DNA of 64,000 nucleotides from Basidiobolus meristosporus CBS 931.73 (Eukaryota > Fungi > Basidiobolomycota), in NCBI GenBank assembly GCA_002104905.1, contig MCFE01000041.1, positions 62,001 through 126,000 of the forward strand, in the 5' to 3' direction. Both the position numbers and the translations under genes were made by a program. The notes under the pieces were generated by a model. That model worked only from the letters and a program-made list of their open reading frames with translations, made no database searches and was not told the origin of the DNA. This document shows, piece by piece, positions 1-12,328 of this stretch; position 1 is the first letter of the stretch, and every line of letters starts with the position of its first letter.

Positions 1-1860
1 CGAGGTCTTACCAACTGGTCTGATGAGTGGAACAACGGCCAGGCAACTTACTGAGGAGTTGTAGAGAATAGTTCGGATGTCGACGTCTTTGATCTGGTCG
101 AATGGGTCGAGCGCCTTGATGCTGTTGGAAAAGATTTCGTGGAACACATAGCTGATTCTTGCCCCACCACTCAGCTCGTTGGTTGGAAGGTCCTCTGATT
201 TACCATCAATGACGGTTCGATACTCATTACAGAACTCCGTAATGATGCTCAATACCGCATTTGCCTACCGAAGATTCCATTAATCGTCGGAGCAGCGTGA
301 GATAACCAAACGATCCAACCTGTTCGCCATTATCGTCAATCGGGTCACCCAGCTGCGCGAGTTCGGCTTGATATCTCGCGAGAATCGACTGGATCTTGAT
401 TTTGATGTTTGGGAGAGTAGCCCGGATGTGTTGTAGCAGGATCTGAGATGGGGTGGTTGGTGGGTAAGCACTTCGACGCGACAAACCAAAGAATTGCTCA
501 CCGTGTTCAACCTCTTGGCGAGGAAGGGTGTCCCACAGTATTGGGCCTTGTTGCCATACGACTCGTGATTTTCAAAGAACTGTGCTTCGTGCTTCAAGGC
601 GGAAGTGATCGGTGTATTCAGCTCGATATCTTTCTGGCTGCGATTGATGACAGGGATGTATCCTTAAGCGAGCAATAAACTTAATATGGTAGAAGAGAGG
701 TCTATGCTGTTGGAGTTCCTACCAAGTTTCAGAGGGATGATTCGCCCGGCTAGAATCTCCATTACATCGGTTCCCTTGTCCCTAGAACATAGAACACGTC
801 AATTTCTTGCCGATTGGCTTGGTCGAGTGGAAAGGGAGAAATACATTAGATCGATCTTGGTTAACACTCCTATCGTTCTCAATCCTACGTTGATCAGAGT
901 TAGTCACGTATGGCTAGCCAGGGATTACTGTTTATCGTACCATCCGGGTCTACGCCTCGGGCAAGCTTCAGACCATCGGAGTTGGCGATGTCGGTGTTAG
1001 CGGCGGTGACTGCCAGTATGATTGCATTTGGTTTTGAGATGTACTTCAAGATCATGTCGATGATTTGAATTTCGATGTCCTTGGGTTGGTCCCCTACCGG
1101 TACCTGGTGCGCAAACCTGTTAGCCTGCCATGCGACGCTAGAGATCGGCCATCATACCTTCGTCAGGCCAGGCAGATCGACCAGAGTCAAGGTAAGCACG
1201 TGGGGGGAGTAAATGCGGAGGTTGATGGGCTGTGCGGAGATTCCTACACGTACGACGGTCAACCGGACTTCCAAGGTGCTGGGTAATGAAGATGTTACCT
1301 GCGTTATTTCCCGTCTTCAGCTCGGTGTCTTTGACAATCTCCTCCCGGATTTTATTGAAGTCGTAGAACTTCTCACCGGGTAAATGAAGAAACTCTCCCC
1401 ATTCGTCTTTGACCTCGTCGTTTCCTACAAAAAGGACTGGTTACAGCCGTGTATCCATCAATTCAGGGCGCTCCCACATCTACCTTGGCTTTTTTCCTCA
1501 CTCAAGTTTGTCTTGATGGCTGGCCTATTAATAAGCTGAAGAACCTACAGGAGCGTGATGCATACAACGTTAGGCGGGGTTGGCGATTCCTTGCTGAGAT
1601 GGGGCCCACTAACCAGAGGCCTTCTAGTGACAATGCCTGAGCCTCTAGGCAGAAAGTCTCTGCCCACGATATTCTCCAGGACGGAGCTCTTTCCACTACT
1701 CTGACTGCAAAGAAATGAGTAATCGTCCCAAGCAGGGGGTCTCTTCCATAGGGTACCTTCCGATAACAGTGATCTGAGGTAAATCCACAGGGTTTTGGAC
1801 ACCAACGGTGGTGAAGGCGTCCTGAAGCTTGTTCACAATGTTGATTAATGTAGCGTCCAT
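1..1860 (-). CDS. VPS1: Dynamin-like GTPase Vps1, multi-exon, 3' end runs off the window
   Basis: ATG at 1860 gives [39 protein letters not shown] intron at 1705-1756 joins to [30 protein letters not shown] (G1 motif). LVDLPGLT lies at ~1163-1187 and middle-domain [16 protein letters not shown] at ~130-175. The N-terminus is Vps1-type rather than Dnm1-type. Confidence 0.92.
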
Positions 1861-2629
1861 GAGAAGCTCTTTGTTAATCAGTTCTCCAGAGAGTAGCACG
1901 TAATAGTAGCTGGGGCAATGTGGGTGAGTGACGTATTTCCAACTGGGCATGCAGGACAGGTAGCTTACTTGAATGGTAAACAGGTCGAAGGACGTGTGGT
2001 TATGGCTGGATTGGTAGGCAACAATAGGAGGTAACTAGCGAATTCTCGATACACAAAATCAAGCAACCAGAATCAACCGTCAACTACTTGTATAGGAATT
2101 CATTGTTGGACGCGATGGACGATGATGATTTCGACGTCATTGGGGAAGCAGATCCATCTCTGGTCAAATTTGGGAATCCCATCCAGCCTCTCTCAGCCAC
2201 CAATCAATGCACCTGCTTTGTGGGCCAAGACTACGATTGCACTACGTCGGTAATTGGGTTATGCTTGGCATATTATATCCCGAAGTTCAGCCAAGGTTCA
2301 TTTAGTGGCGGATCCGCGGCTGTGTGGGCCGTTCTCTGAAGTTCTTGGGTATAAACCACTCTAAGTATATTCTGGATTTTTCCCTAGTTGTTAACAGTAG
2401 CTACACTGTCAGGTATTGTGTTGAAAATTGATTCTACTTTACTAATTGCTAGGTTTAGGATTATGAACCTGACAGTTTGTATGTGGGATATTGCTATTTC
2501 TGCATGAAGTTTGCTAATTTAATGCATTAGGGAGGCTCTTGAAAGTATTGAGATTTGCAGCTAACAACAGTTTTCTCTCATAATGCTATATTACTCATAA
2601 GTTCCCTAGTTATATTTCAGTACTCACTG

Positions 2630-3838
2630 AAGTAGATTATGTGGTTTTCACTTAATGATTTATTGAATGTAAAAGTAGTATTTTTACTTTTACCTGGTCT
2701 TGGCATTACAATCACGTAGAATAGGTTAAGGAAGGTCCCAAGAACATGTGTGCAAAGTTTGGGGCTGTTTGGACAACTTTGAGAATTTTCATGTTCTGGT
2801 TACCTGGTATTTTGGTGAAAATATTCCAAGTAAATCCCAACAAGGAATTTGGTCAGTATTCTCTGAGATCTGAAGGTGATCTAAGTGACTAAGTTGGGTG
2901 AATATTTAGGTGGAGTTACAAGTTCTTACAACACTCCCACTCAACTAAATGTTCATACTGACTAGCCCTAATTTTGACCTAAGATATTCAATCATGTCTC
3001 TAGCTAATGGTTTGATAAATATGTCTGCAATTGTTTCATCTGTAGGACAGTAAGCTAAGTTAACTAAGTTATTTATATAGCTTCATGTATGAAAAGATGT
3101 CTAATATCTATGTGCTTAGTTCTAGCATGAAAAGTTGAATTTCTACCAAATCATATACATCCTTGATTATGTTGAAATAAAGTAATGGGTGTTTTTTGAC
3201 ATAAGCCTAAATCTTTAAAAAGCTTCTGTAACTGCATTGCTTCTTTTGTAGCTTCACAGACTGCCATAAACTCTGCCTCTGTGGTAGAAAGTGCAATGGT
3301 TGGTTGCTTTCTTGAATTCCATCAAATTGCTCCTTTAGAGTAAAGAAAGGTTTATCCTGTGGTGGATCTTCTGTCTTCCAAATTTCATCCCCAATCAGCA
3401 TCAGAGTATCTCACAAGATCCAGTTCTGAATCCTTATTAGTGTATCTTAAGCAGATATCAGCAGTTTCTTTTAGGTATCTAAAAATCCGCTTTATTGCAG
3501 CAATATGATCAGATTCATAGTTCTGATTATGCTGGCTGACAGCTCCCACTGAATACTAGATATCTGGACATGTTTCAAGCATGACATACATCAGGCTGCC
3601 AATCATAGATTGATAAGGAAAGTCAGGGCTTTCAGATGGCACCAAGCTCTCTTGATTTGGTGGAGTTTTGACCAAGTTAAGGTTTGTCTCCATTGGGGTA
3701 GCTGTTGGTTTACAGTCTTCCATTTGGTACTTCTTTAGTATATCTTGAATATACTTGGATTGGCTTAGGGTGATAGTCTGGGTATTTCTCTCTATGGAGA
3801 ACTTTATCCATAAGTAGTAAATGAGTTGTGCTAGATTG
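2630..3838 (-). mobile_element. Copia element Z (oldest layer): RT/RNaseH end, PPT and partial 3' LTR
   Basis: Reverse complement of the Copia RNaseH end and PPT (ctcccactc, 2934-2942), followed by LTR sequence 2933 down to ~2630. It is interrupted at 3838 by element A and resumes at 30408. Confidence 0.88.
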
Positions 3839-6258
3839 TGTTGTAAAGATTTGTAATTCCACCTAAGTATTCACCTAACTTAGTCACTTAGATCACCTTC
3901 AGATCTCAGAGAATACTGACCAAAATCCTTGTTGGGATTTACTTCAAATATTTTCACCAAAATACCAGGTAACCAGAACATGAGAATTCACAAAGTTGTC
4001 CAAACAGCCCCAATCTTTGCACACATGCTCTTGGGACCTTCCTTAACCTATTCTACGTGATTGTAATGCCAAGACCAGGTAAAAGTAAAAATACTACTTT
4101 TACATTCAATAAATCATTAAGTGAAAACCACATAATCTACTTGTTCTCCCAATCACTTCCAATATCTCCAAGACTCTTACAACAGGTTATGAGCCCCAAG
4201 CTGTCACTCTCTGCAATGTCTACCACTGCTATTACTGGAATTTTTCCCTCTGCTGAAAAGTTGGATGGATCTAACCACCAAGTGTGGAAGGTGAAGATGA
4301 AGATGCTGCTACAAGAAAGAGGCCTTTAGGATATTGTCATGAGAGAAGAATGCTCTTCTAAAATGTGAAAGAGGAAGCCTTAAGGTACCAGAAGAAAGAA
4401 CAAAGTCCCTCTAACTGCATTTGCCTTAATGTCAAGGACAAATTGCTAATTCAATGCTAAAGAGCAAAAACAGCAAAGAATGCCAGGAAGGCATTAGAAG
4501 ACACCTACCAGTCATGTTCAGCTGCTACAAAAGTGTATCTGAGACAAAAACTCTTTACTACAAAGATGCAGCCAGGAGAACAAATGAAAAATCTAATTAA
4601 CATGACTACCCTGCTGGTAGATGAAATGGAATCTGTGGGTGTACCAACTACTGATGAGTATGTGCTGGTTACAATTGTGAGTAGCCTGACAGACAAGTAT
4701 CAGGGCCTTGTATCAGCCCTAGAGTCCAGAACTGAAAATTTGACCTTAAATTATTTATATGGAAGGCTCCTGGATGAAGAATTAAGAAAATCAAGCACCA
4801 ATAAGAAGGAAGAAGAAAATACTTTTATAAACAATGATAACCAACTAAGAAGGTACCCAAGACCCTACAAAGGCAACAGCAACCTGTTTTGCAACTGCTA
4901 CAAAAGGAAAGGACAGTTGTAAAAATTTGTATTTCCACCTAAATATTCACCTAACTTAGTCACTTAGATCATTACCTTCAAATCCTAGAGAATACTGACC
5001 AAATTCCTTGTTGGGATTTACTTAGAATATTTTCACCAAAATACCAGGTACCCAGAACATGAAAATTCTCAAAGTTGTCCAAACAGCCCCAAACTTTGCA
5101 CACATGTTCTTGGGACCTTCCTTAACCTATTCTACAAGCTTGTAATGCCAAGACCAGGTAAAAGTATAAATACTACTTTTACACTCAATAAATCATTAAG
5201 TGAAAACCACATAATCTACTTGTTCTCCCAATCACTTCCAATATCTTCAAGACTCTTACAACAGGTTATGAGCCCCAAGCTGTCACTCTCTGCAATGTCT
5301 GCTACTGCTATCACTGGAATTTTTCCCTCTGCTGAAAAGTTGGATGGATCTAACTACCAAGTGTGGACGGTGAAGATGAAGATGCTGCTACAAGAAAGAG
5401 GCCTTTAGGATATTGTCATGGGAGAAGAATGCCCTCCTAAAAATGTGGAAGAGGAAGCCTTAAAGTACCAGAAGAGAGAACAAAGTGCTGTTAACTGCAT
5501 TTGCCTTAATGTCAAGGACAAATTGCTAATTCAATTCTCAAGAGCAAAAACGGCAAAGAATGCCTGGAAAGTATTAGAAGACACCTAGCAGTCATGTTCA
5601 GCTGCCAAGAAGATGTATCTGAGACAAAAACGCTTTACTACAAAGATGCTGCCAGTAGAAGAAATGAAAAATCTAATCAACAGAATTACCCTGCTGGTAG
5701 ATGAGATGGAATCTGTGAGTGTACCAGCTACTGATGAGGATGTGATAGTTACCATCCTGAATTGCCTGACAGACAGGTTTCAGGGCCTTGTATCAGCCCT
5801 AGAGTCCAGAACTGAAGATTTGACCTTAAATTACGTATATGGAAGGCTCCTGGATGAAGAATTAAGAAAATCAAGCGCTAATAAGAAGGAAGAAAAAAAT
5901 GCATTAATTGTTGTAAAAATTTGTATTTTCCACCTAAATATTCACCTAACTTAGTCACTTAGATCATCATCTTCAAATCCTAGAGAATACTGACCAAATT
6001 CCTTGTCGGGATTTACTTAGAATATTTTCACCAAAATACCAGGTACCCAGAACATGAAAATTCTCAAAGTTGTCCAAACAGCCCCAAACGTTGCACACAT
6101 GTTCTTGGGACCTTCCTTAACCTATTCTACGTGTTTGTAATGCCAAGACCATGTAAAAGTATAAATACTACTTTTACATTCAATAAATCATTAAGTGAAA
6201 ACCACATAATCTACTTGTTCTCCCAATCACTTCCAATATCTCCAAGACTCTTACAACA

Positions 6259-6270
6259 GGTTATGAGCCC
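6259..6270 (+). promoter_or_regulatory. Primer-binding site GGTTATGAGCCC (Ty5/copia-type half-tRNAiMet priming)
   Basis: Directly follows the 5' LTR in C; the same sequence follows the 5' LTRs of A (4185) and B (5264). Confidence 0.8.
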
Positions 6271-6289
6271 CGAGCTGTCACTCTCTGCA

Positions 6290-9200
6290 ATGTCTACTAC
6301 TGCTATTACTGGAATTTTTCCCTCTGCTGAAAAGTTGGATGGATCTAACTACCAAGTGTGGAAGGTGAAGATGAAGATGCTGCTGCAAGAAAGAGGCCTT
6401 TGGGATATTGTCATGGGAGAAGAATGCCCTCCTAAAAACGTGGGAGAGGAAGCCTTAAAGTACCAGAAGAAAGAACAAAGTGCCTTTAACTGCATTTGCC
6501 TTAATGTCAAGGACAAATTGATAATTCAATGTTCAAGAGCAAAAACGGCAAAGAATGCCTGGAAAGCATTAGAAGACACCTACCAGTCATGTTCAGCTGC
6601 CAAGAAAATGTATCTGAGAAGAAAATTCTTTACTACAAAGATGCTGCCAGGAGAAGAAATGAAAAATCTAATTAACAGAATTACCCTGCTGGTAGATGAG
6701 ATGGAATCTGTGGGCGTACCAACTACTGATGAGGATGTGATAGTTACCATCCTGAATAGCCTGACAGACGAGTTTCAGGGCCTTGTATCAGCCCTAGAGT
6801 CCAGAACTGAAGATTTGACCTTAAATTACGTATATGGAAGGCTCCTGGATGAAGAATTAAGAAAATCAAGCGCCAATAAGAAGGAAGAAGAAAATGCTTT
6901 AATAAGTAATGATAACCAACAAAGGAGGTACCCAAGACCCTACAAAGGCAACAGCAACCTATTTTGCAACTACTGCAAAAGGAAAGGACACACATCAGAC
7001 CGGTGTTTCAAAAAGAGAGATTATCAGCAAAAGAAGCCTGAATATGGAAATGCTGTAACAACTGAAGATAGACTATTCATATCTGCACTAAATATGACCA
7101 CAAACAAGGATTCTCAGACGTGGTATATTGACTCTGGAGCTTCTCAGCACTTTACACACCAAAAAGAACTTTTTACCCAATATCAAGAAATTCCAATTAA
7201 GAAGGTTTTCATGGGTGACGATAGAACACTTGATGCAGTGGGAGAAGGAACTATCCAAGTAAACCTTAGAAGCAGTGAAGGAAGCCATACACTGACCTTT
7301 AAAGAAGTACTCTATGTACCAGAAATAGCCAAGAACCTACTCTCTGTAAGCAAGGCCACAGCAGAAGGACTCAGTTTCAGTTTTGACAATTCTGGATGCA
7401 GGATCACTGATCAAAATGGTGCCCATATTGCTTTGGGCATCAGAGATCAGAACCTATACAAGTTGACTTATATTCCATCATATCTGGAAGCCAATATAAG
7501 TAACTTAAATGAAGAAACACCAATGCTTTGGCACAGGAGATTTGGACACATCAATTTTGATTATTTGCGTAAAATGATCAAAGATCAGCTAATTTCTGGA
7601 GTGAAAATTGATCCCCCAGCTATTTTGGAGCACTGTGAAGCCTGCATATATGGGAAACAAGCCAGACAACTGTTCAAGAGCTCTGGGTTAATCAAAACTA
7701 AGAAAAAATTAGATCTAATTCACTCAGATCTGTGTGGACCTATGCAAAATTTATCCTTAGGCGGGATGAAGTATTTAATCACTTTTATTGATGATTATAC
7801 AAGATACACATGGGTCTACTTCATGGAGAGAAAGGAAGAAGCTCTGTCTAAGCTCAGGGAGTTCAAAGCCATGGTGGAGAGAGAAACTGGTGAAAAAATC
7901 AAGAAAATACGCTCTGACAATGGTGGAGAATATACCTCAAAACTCTTCATCCACTTCTGCAAAATTCATGGGATAAAGCAAGAGACTACTGTACCATACT
8001 CCCCACAGCAAAATGGAGTAGCAGAACGAGCTAACAGATCAATAATTGATATGGCAAGATCTATGATCCATGATCAAAAATTATCCTATGATTTTTGGGC
8101 GGAATCAGTTGCCACTGCTGTATATCTTAAAAATAGGAGTTATAACAGAATACTTTGTGATTCTACTCCATTTGAAGCATGGTATGGATACAGACCAAGT
8201 GCAGAACATCTAAGAATATTTGGGTGTACAGCATATGCCAAAAAACTGGCTGGAAATCAGTCAAAATTTGAGCCAAAAAGTGTAAAATGCATATTTTTGG
8301 GCTACTGCAATGAGAGTAAGGCATACAGACTCTACAATACCAAAGCAAAGAAGCTGATCAAGTCCAGGGATGTGTTGTTTGATGAAAATTCAAAATTTTC
8401 ACAAAAAATGACATCAGATGATGACGAAAATTTGATCTCAAGTCCACCAATTGTCAGGATTGAATCAGAGCAAAACAATGAAAATTTTTTCACTCCAGAG
8501 GACTCTACAACCGTGGTTCAGCCAGAATCAGTGCCCAGGAATATCCCAGAAGTGATCATTCCAGTATCAAATGCCCGGAGATCCAATCGGACAAGAAATA
8601 GCCCAAATTACTATATCAATGAGGGTACAAACTTAGCCTATGCCTATTCAGTCCATGTTGATGAACCCCAGACTGTAAAAGAGGCCCTAAATAGCCCCCA
8701 GACGAAGTTTTGGAGATCTGCAATGACTGAGGAATATCAGGCCCTGATGGAAAATCAAACTTGGGACTTAGTCAAATTACCAATCAACCGAAAATCAATT
8801 GGATGCAGATGGGTCTTCAAGACAAAATACAAGGCTGATGGTACAATTGAAAGATACAAAGCAAGACTTGTAGCCAAAGGATACTCTCAAACAAAAGGAC
8901 TTGACTATACTGAGACCTTTGCACCGGTAGCCAAGTTTAATTCCATCAGATTAATATTGGCTATTGCAGCCAAATATAAGTTTTTTATTCATCAAATGGA
9001 TGTAAAAACTGCATTTTTGAATGGAGAACTTGATGAGGACGTGTATATGGACCAGCCTGATGGTTTTGTTGACCAAGATAACCCCCATTTGGTCTGCAAG
9101 CTTAAAAAGTCACTATATGGTCTCAAACAATCACCAAGAGCCTGGAATTGCAAGATAGATTCTTATTTGGAATCTTTGAGTTTCAAAAGGAGTAATGCTT

Positions 9201-10234
9201 ACTATAGTATATACTATAAGCCAGATAGAGCAAATCCAGTTCTATAAGCTCTATATGTGGATGATCTTATTATAGCCGCCAATAACCTAGAAACATTGGA
9301 AGAGACTAAATCCAGCCTATCTAAGGAGTTCAAGATGTCCAATCTAGGAGAACTTAGTTACTACTTAGGGATTAAGTTCTCCATAGACAGAAGTACCCAG
9401 ACTATTACCCTAAGCCAATCCAAGTATATTCAAGATATACTAAAGAAGTACAAAATGGAAGACTGTAAACCGGCAGCTACCCCAATGGAGACAAACCTTA
9501 ACTTGGTCAAAACTCAACCAAATCAAGAGAGCTTGGTGCCATCTGAAAGCCCTGACTTTCCTTATCAATCTATGGTCGGCAGTCTGATGTATATCATGCT
9601 TGGAACACGTCCAGATATCTCATATTCAGTGGGAGTTGTCAGCCAACATAATCAGAATTATGGATCTGATCATATTGCAGCAGTTAAGCGGATTTTTAGA
9701 TACCTAAAAGGAACTGCTGATATCTGTTTAAGATACACTTATAAGGATTCAGAACAGGATCTTGTGGGATACTCTGATGCTGATTGGGGACGAAATTTAG
9801 AAGACAGAAGATCCACCACAGGATACACCTTTCTTTACTGTAAAGGAGCCATTTCATGGAATTCAAGAAAGCAACCAACCGTAGCACTTTCTACTACAGA
9901 GGCAGAGTATATGGCAGCCTGTGAAGCTACAAAAGAAGCAATGTGGTTAAGAAAGCTCTTTACAGATTTAGGCCTATGTCAAAAAACGCCTATTACTTTA
10001 TTTCAAGATAATCAAGGATGTATACAATTAGGTAGAAATCCAACTTTTCATGCTAGAACCAAGCACATAGATATTAGACATCATTTCATACGTGAAGCTA
10101 TAGAGAATAACTTAGTTAGCTTAGTTTACTGTCCTACAGATGAAATGATTGCAGACATATTTACCAAACCATTAGCTAGAGACAAGTTTGAATATCTTAG
10201 GTCAAAATTAGGACTAGTCAGTATGAACATTTAG
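6290..10234 (+). pseudogene. Copia gag-pol polyprotein of element C with one in-frame stop
   Basis: Single frame in Copia order: gag with CNYCKRKGHTSDRC knuckle, protease WYIDSGAS, integrase (HSDLCGP, RSDNGGEY, QNGVAER), RT ([15 protein letters not shown]) and RNaseH (YSDADW). The only lesion is TAA at 9245-9247, where other copies have TTA. Confidence 0.93.
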
Positions 10235-11267
10235 CTGAGTGGGAGTGTTGTAAAAATTTGTATTTTCCACCTAAATATTCACCTAACTTAGTCACTTAGA
10301 TCATCATCTTCAAATCCTAGAGAATACTGACCAAATTCCTTGTCGGGATTTACTTAGAATATTTTCACCAAAATACCAGGTACCCAGAACATGAAAATTC
10401 TCAAAGTTGTCCAAACAGCCCCAAACTTTGCACACATGTTCTTGGGACCTTCCTTAACCTATTCTACGTGTTTGTAATGCCAAGACCATGTAAAAGTATA
10501 AATACTACTTTTACATTCAATAAATCATTAAGTGAAAACCACATAATCTACTTGTTCTCCCAATCACTTCCAATATCTCCAAGACTCTTACAACATTAAT
10601 AAGCAATGATAACCAACAAAGGAGGTACCCAAGACCCTACAAAGGCAACAGCAATCTGTTTTGTAACTACTGCCAAAGGAAAGGACACACATCAGACCGG
10701 TGTCTCTAAAAGAGAGATAATCAGCAAAAGAGGCCTGAATATGGAAATGCTGCAACAGCTGAGGATAGACTGTTCATATCTTCACTAAATATGACCACAA
10801 ACAAGGATTCTCAGATGTGGTATATTGACTCTGGAGCATCTCAACACTTTACACACCAAAAAGAACTTTTTACCCAAAATCAAGAAATTCCAATTAAGAA
10901 GGTTTTCATGGGTGACAATAGAACACTTGATGCAGTGGGAGAAGGAACTATCCAAGTAAACCTTAGAAGCAGTGAAGGAAGCCCTACACTGACCTTTAAA
11001 GAAGTACTCTATGTACCAGAAATAGCCAAGAACTTACTCTTTGTAAGCAAGGCCATTGCAGAAGGACTCAGTTTCAGTTTTGATAATTCTGGATGCAGGA
11101 TCACTGATCAAAATGGTGCTCATATTGCTTTGGGCATCAGAGATCAGAATCTGTACAAGTTGACTTATATTCCATCATATCTGGAAGCCAATATAAGTAA
11201 CTTAAATGAAGAAACACCAATGCTTTGGCATAGGAGATTTGGACACATCAATTTTGATTATTTGCAT

Positions 11268-12328
11268 TGTAGTGGGGTGACAGTGACACCCACTGACAGA
11301 TGTGCTCATTTCCTTATTTTCTACTTCCCTATATCTCTACTACACTTATTTTAGTTTTATCCCATTTGTCTTACCCAATCAGTACTATCCCATAAGCCGG
11401 TTGACTATCACACCTGCTTACCTTATTGCATAAGTTATCCCTCACATTATGTAAGATTACTAGCTATAAATGCTTCCATATTAGGCAAATACCTGCGCCA
11501 GTACCTGTGACACATGATCAACCCATGTCACCATCCCTACCATTTCCATACCATATATGGTATCCCTATGTTACACAGGTTTCAGAATACTGATTCCTGA
11601 TTGGTTGGATGTGCTGTGCCTCTTAGAACCTTCCCGCACCTACTTAGAACATTCTTAGGTCATTCTGATGTCATTAAGATTTCTATTGATATCCGGAACC
11701 TTCTGGAACACTATAATTTGTAATCACTTAGCCAGTAAGAAAAGTATATAAGGGAGGCTATCCCACAACAATAAATCATCATCCCTTTTATCAATATACC
11801 AACTTGTTGATTAGTGTGTTGACTGCTACCTGAACTTTGAACCCTAGACCACAGGACACTCCCAGGAAACCACGCTGACAGCCAACTGACCTTGGAGGCA
11901 CTACTTGTGAGGAATACTCAGAGTAGGTATCTTTTATTAAATTTGATTCTTTCCCAAGTTTGTTCCTGTACAGGCAAAGATACTTTTTGGTCTTTGTAAC
12001 TATTGACTACAGCTGCATTCTTATCAAGTCCCTGCTGGTGGAGTTTACAGTTGTTTTGACTTTGAAAGCTTTAGTGCATTGTCATCTCAAGGGACGCTGA
12101 ACCCAGCACATACTTTTGTTAAGATACCAACTAAGTTAGGGATTGTAGCTGAATAGTTTTCCCTTGACAAGCTTGTGGCTTTATTCCCCTTCACATTTGA
12201 TTAAAGACAGAACCCAAGTATTCCTAGCAAGCTTTTGCCAGAGGCTATTGCACCCAGTGAGCACCCCACACACAAAACACTTGAGAAGTGTTGGGCGTAT
12301 CTCTCCCTTGGACCTATACACCACCACA
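11268..12328. mobile_element. 1061-bp solo LTR of a third LTR-retrotransposon family, inserted in Copia B
   Basis: Starts TGTAGTGG and ends CCACCACA. 4-bp TSD GCAT (11264-11267) / GCGT (12329-12332). Contains TATA-like aagtatataag and aataaa. No long ORF; the Copia integrase resumes after it. Confidence 0.75.

Larger units (their letters stand above)
5909..10595 (+). mobile_element. Copia element C, full length (4687 bp), very young, inserted in gag of B
   Basis: 350-bp LTRs 5909-6258 and 10246-10595 differ at one position by eye (aaacgttg vs aaactttg). PBS 6259-6270, PPT gagtgggag, TSD TTAAT at 5904-5908 and 10596-10600. Confidence 0.96.

Noticed and set aside
2088-2339. 83-aa plus-strand ORF at the left edge of the block (MDDDDFDVIGEADP...) as a truncated host gene
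   Set aside because: No recognisable domain, and trial splicing at gtaatt (~2250) gives no extension. It may be promoter sequence of VPS1.
6131-6289. Open frame from the LTR into gag, seen in copies A, B and C
   Set aside because: The upstream ATG (6140) lies before the TATA-like box (~6159), so it is unlikely to be transcribed. Conservation is explained by overall copy similarity.
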